A stretch of 62,908 bases of DNA, counting the filler, from Octopus bimaculoides (Eukaryota), in NCBI RefSeq assembly GCF_001194135.2. It is 3 parts of 3 records of this genome, joined end to end, with 100 filler letters (N's around TTAATTAATTAA, not from the genome) between each part and the next. Parts side by side here need not be neighbours in the genome. Positions count along the whole stretch, not along the records: positions 48,541 to 62,908 come from NC_068990.1; 2 more parts are not named here. The stretch is one strand, 5' to 3'. Positions 59,874 to 62,908 of this stretch are shown piece after piece. The notes under the pieces were generated by a model. That model was not told where the DNA came from, made no database searches, and saw only the letters and a program-made list of their open reading frames with translations. Every line of letters starts with the position of its first letter. Within the stretch, counting starts at the first letter, position 1. The position numbers were made by a program, and so were the translations under genes.

Positions 59874-60808
59874 TGTACGAAACTGACCCCAGCTTTGGAG
59901 GGGGAACGCAGCACTGTTAGCTACGGTATGCCGATCTTTCTGGCTGATTATCTGTCATAAATACGGGAGCATAGATTTGGAATTGGAGTTGGTGCAAAGG
60001 TGGTCAGTGGGTCGAGAACAGTGGTGGATGAAGAACGCAAGCCGGTGTAAAGGCCAGCAGTGAGTGAAGAAGCCAGATGGACAGAGTAGTTGGTGATAGA
60101 GACTGACAGAAAGAGGCTGAGAGAGAGAGGCTATGGACAGAAGGTACCAGTCAGCAGAAATGGATAGAGTCTGAGAGAGAGGGACAGAGAGATGGAACTG
60201 TTGTGGTAGGCAAAAGTGAGTGGCAGATTATAGTGGGCTGCATTGGTCAGTTCTGTTCTTGTCCATGTTGTGGGAGATTTGAAGGAAGTAATTTGTTACA
60301 GTAAATGTTTGCTTATATTTTTAAAGAAAAATGTACTTGTGTTGTTATATGTTTTTGTGAAGAAAAGAAAGAAAAAGAACTTTGTTAACTCTTGTTAATT
60401 GTGATGTTAACTGGTTGAAAAGAAAAAAAGAACTTTTGTTAACTGTGTTAAAAGAGAGGAAAAAAAAAAGAAAAACAAAAGAAGCAGAATAACTTTTAAT
60501 GACTCTTGATTGTAAACTTTATGATTATGTAATGATTGTAAACTTTGTAATGTTAAATGCTTGGAAACTCTAATGTTAATGTTACATGTGTTATTTCAAA
60601 AGCAAGTATTATTATTATGGAATGTTGTTTTGTTTTGGAAAAAAAGTTAGTTTGACTACGAAACGTATGGCCTGTGTTATTTCTTCTTTTTGTTGTCATC
60701 GTTATGTGCTCCGCTGGGGCTTAGTGGCCAACATCCTGACTCACTGAGCGTCGTCGTTTGCGCGTGGGGTTTTCTCCTCATTGGGGTCTCGCGCGGGCGT
60801 TCGTAACA
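59874..60808 (+). mobile_element. Candidate LTR (solo or terminal) of an LTR retrotransposon
   Basis: Starts tgtacgaaactgacccc and ends ggggtctcgcgcgggcgttcgtaaca (imperfect TG...CA inverted termini). TATA-like cataaata near 59957 and an A/T-rich U5-like half. No TSD visible; a gap follows. Confidence 0.45.
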
Positions 60809-61167
60809 ATATNNNNNNNNNNNNNNNNNNNNNNNNNNNNNNNNNNNNNNNNNNNNNNNNNNNNNNNNNNNNNNNNNNNNNNNNNNNNNNNNNNNNNNNN
60901 NNNNNNNNNNNNTTACAAACTAAGTTCACAATTTTTGGAGGAGTGATACCTCCAAAACACTCCTCTCACCGCTAAGTGAAACACTAAGCACAACCACAGG
61001 CAGACAAATGCGTGAAATTCAGTGGAGATTTCTTGTTCGACATAAATATAAATAAACATGAGCAACAAACCCCCACTAAATCCAAAAAACACAAAAGTCT
61101 TACCTGTACTTGTACGTCAAAAATTCACGACGCTGGCATTCAGCGACGTGAAGCAGGAGCGACAAAA

Positions 61168-61221
61168 ACCATGTCCGCTTGGTAAGCGAGGTACTTGCCA
61201 CACAGCCACTCCTGCGCCTAT
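61168..61221 (-). mobile_element. Family A SINE head fragment truncating the maT transposon
   Basis: The reverse complement reads taggcgcaggagtggctgtgtggcaagtacctcgcttaccaagcggacatgg. Confidence 0.75.
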
Positions 61222-61817
61222 GCTACCATAATCTTTGCCTTCAGTTCATCTTTGGTGTTACAATGACTTTTTTTGGTCTCTTGCGCAACTGCACCCCACA
61301 CATATTAAAGGAGGAGTTTGGTGGCCAGATGTGGTTGCAGAAGTTGTCTGACTGCCATGACTGGGTTCTCCTGCTTCTGTGACATAGCGTCTTCCAGCAG
61401 CCACCCTCTTGACCCAGGGCAGCACTACATCCTCCAAGCACTTGATATAGGCCTCTGTGTTGAGTCTGAGGCCATGTGGAAAGATGAATGGAGGCATAAT
61501 GTCGTCATCACTAGTGATCACTCCAAACACCTACCATGTACCTTCTTAATCACCAAACTCATCAAACTCTTTCTGAATCCTCTGCACTGTCCTCAGATTG
61601 ACACTTAAGCATTCTGAAATGTTCGTATTGGAACCACACAGTACAGCATGTCGCTCCCAAATTTCTGTCAGAGTGAATTGCATAATGGGGCTGTTTTTCT
61701 CACACACGGTGCACAACTGACCCTACTATACTGTGTAGTTGACAAAATCAAAAACAAACTATGTGTATGCGCGATATTATAAATATAAATTGGCAACAAT
61801 TTATACATTACACCCTG
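61222..61817 (-). mobile_element. Internally deleted DD37D (maT) transposon with 5' TIR
   Basis: TA-cagggtg terminus at about 61817. N-terminal remnant from ATG 61683 (SVNLRTVQRI, HTH-like). FGVITSDDDIMPPFIFPHGLRLNTEAYIKCLEDVVLPWVKRVAAGR and HIWPPNS, homologous to 39870-40310. Confidence 0.85.
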
Positions 61818-61822
61818 TATAT

Positions 61823-61871
<49 letters not shown>

Positions 61872-62193
61872 TATATACATACATATATCAGAGGTGACTC
61901 CAGGTCATCGGCATCACTTGGGTTCATCACAGATTTCGCATAAGATACATGTATAAAAGAAGGTAAGAGACATAATGCACACTGCAGACTTACATATTCA
62001 TGGATAATTTAACACTAAGCAAGTTTGCTGCTTCTAATGAAAGAATGCCTCACATTTTTCTGCAATATTTCTAGCCTCAGATGGCTTATCTTTTATATCT
62101 AGCAGTATATCTTACTCCATTTCTAAGTTGGTAAGGGTAAAAATAAGGCAACCATGCAAAACACAACTGATCTTTACACATAGACGCACAGAA

Positions 62194-62436
62194 TAACAGC
62201 AATCCAATACTGAAAGCAGAGTGCACATCAAACATCAGCAATCTGACTGTCACCTGTACTCTTGACAAGAGATGTCAGTCCTTTACACCTTACCAGGCTC
62301 ATTCATATTACTACTGTATAACAGCAATCAAATAATGAAAGAAGAGTGCACAACAAACATCACCGATCTGACTGTCGCCTGTACTCTTGACAAGAGATGT
62401 CAGCTAGTCTTTTTCGCCTACCAGGCTCGTTCGCAA
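62194..62436. repeat. Diverged tandem duplication, period 125 bp
   Basis: taacagcaatc.aata.tgaaag.agagtgcaca.caaacatca...atctgactgtc.cctgtactcttgacaagagatgtcag starts at 62194 and at 62319. Confidence 0.85.
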
Positions 62437-62908
62437 TTAGCCTGAGTTGCTAGATAATTTTTCGTTCCATTAAGAATATTGTAGAATGGAACCTTTTCAT
62501 GGATTGGAATTTAAATCCTAATCTCTGTAGAAATTTATTATTTCAAGAAAACATTGAATTTGAATTACTATTAATTTTTACAATTATAGATAACAACTCA
62601 AGCTGTAACTTCGAAGCCCAAGTCAGGCGCATGTGAATGATGACGAGAGAACATCTGCTACAAATGATATTTTTTTAACACAGGTCACCCCTAAGATGAC
62701 CGCCAGACACTGAAGGGAAATAAATGAACTGCGACTAGGTTCAATAAAAGGAGCCCAAGTTATTGGCTGAAGTTACATACTTGAAATCAGTGTTGGGAGA
62801 AAGTAAATTGGCTTGCAAATACATGTTCACTTTACTAAACTTATACTTGGACTAAGCCTGAACAGTCCAAGTGCCTGAGTCACCACCAGTATATATATAT
62901 ATATATAT

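Noticed and set aside
62086-62268. RT motif from VRLLMFDVHSAFSI
   Set aside because: It resembles the LFxDFSSAFNT motif, but no neighbouring RT motifs are found and it lies in a short tandem duplication.

Overview
Eukaryotic, AT-rich, microsatellite-saturated genomic DNA with about 7 kb of N gaps. The SINE families and repeat landscape look like a coleoid cephalopod, most likely Octopus; this is an inference from pattern recognition, not a database match. I find no intact protein-coding gene, rRNA, true tRNA or CRISPR array, and most track ORFs are translations of microsatellites or N runs. The window is a graveyard of mobile elements. It holds several tRNA-derived SINE families (my labels A-G), and decayed non-LTR retrotransposons of the L1/Tx1, R4/Dong, Hero (RLE-type) and CR1-like groups. 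It also holds Penelope-like elements (PLEs), DD34D mariner and DD37D maT transposase fragments, Helitron pieces, MITEs/foldbacks and a candidate LTR. The most interesting signal is a set of minimal hammerhead-ribozyme (HHR) motifs. Two lie at the expected position behind Penelope GIY-YIG ends. One lies inside a tRNA-headed SINE that also carries an inverted copy of its own tail, suggesting a ribozyme-bearing SINE mobilised by Penelope machinery. Other oddities are a MITE packaging telomere-like repeats, a near-perfect pre-miRNA-sized hairpin, a 17-bp minisatellite born on a conserved Hero motif, and a speculative neuropeptide-precursor-like exon. Two artificial 100-bp scaffold-join linkers mean long-range adjacency across 30.0 kb and 48.5 kb is uncertain. 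Many boundaries were read by eye and are approximate to a few tens of bases.
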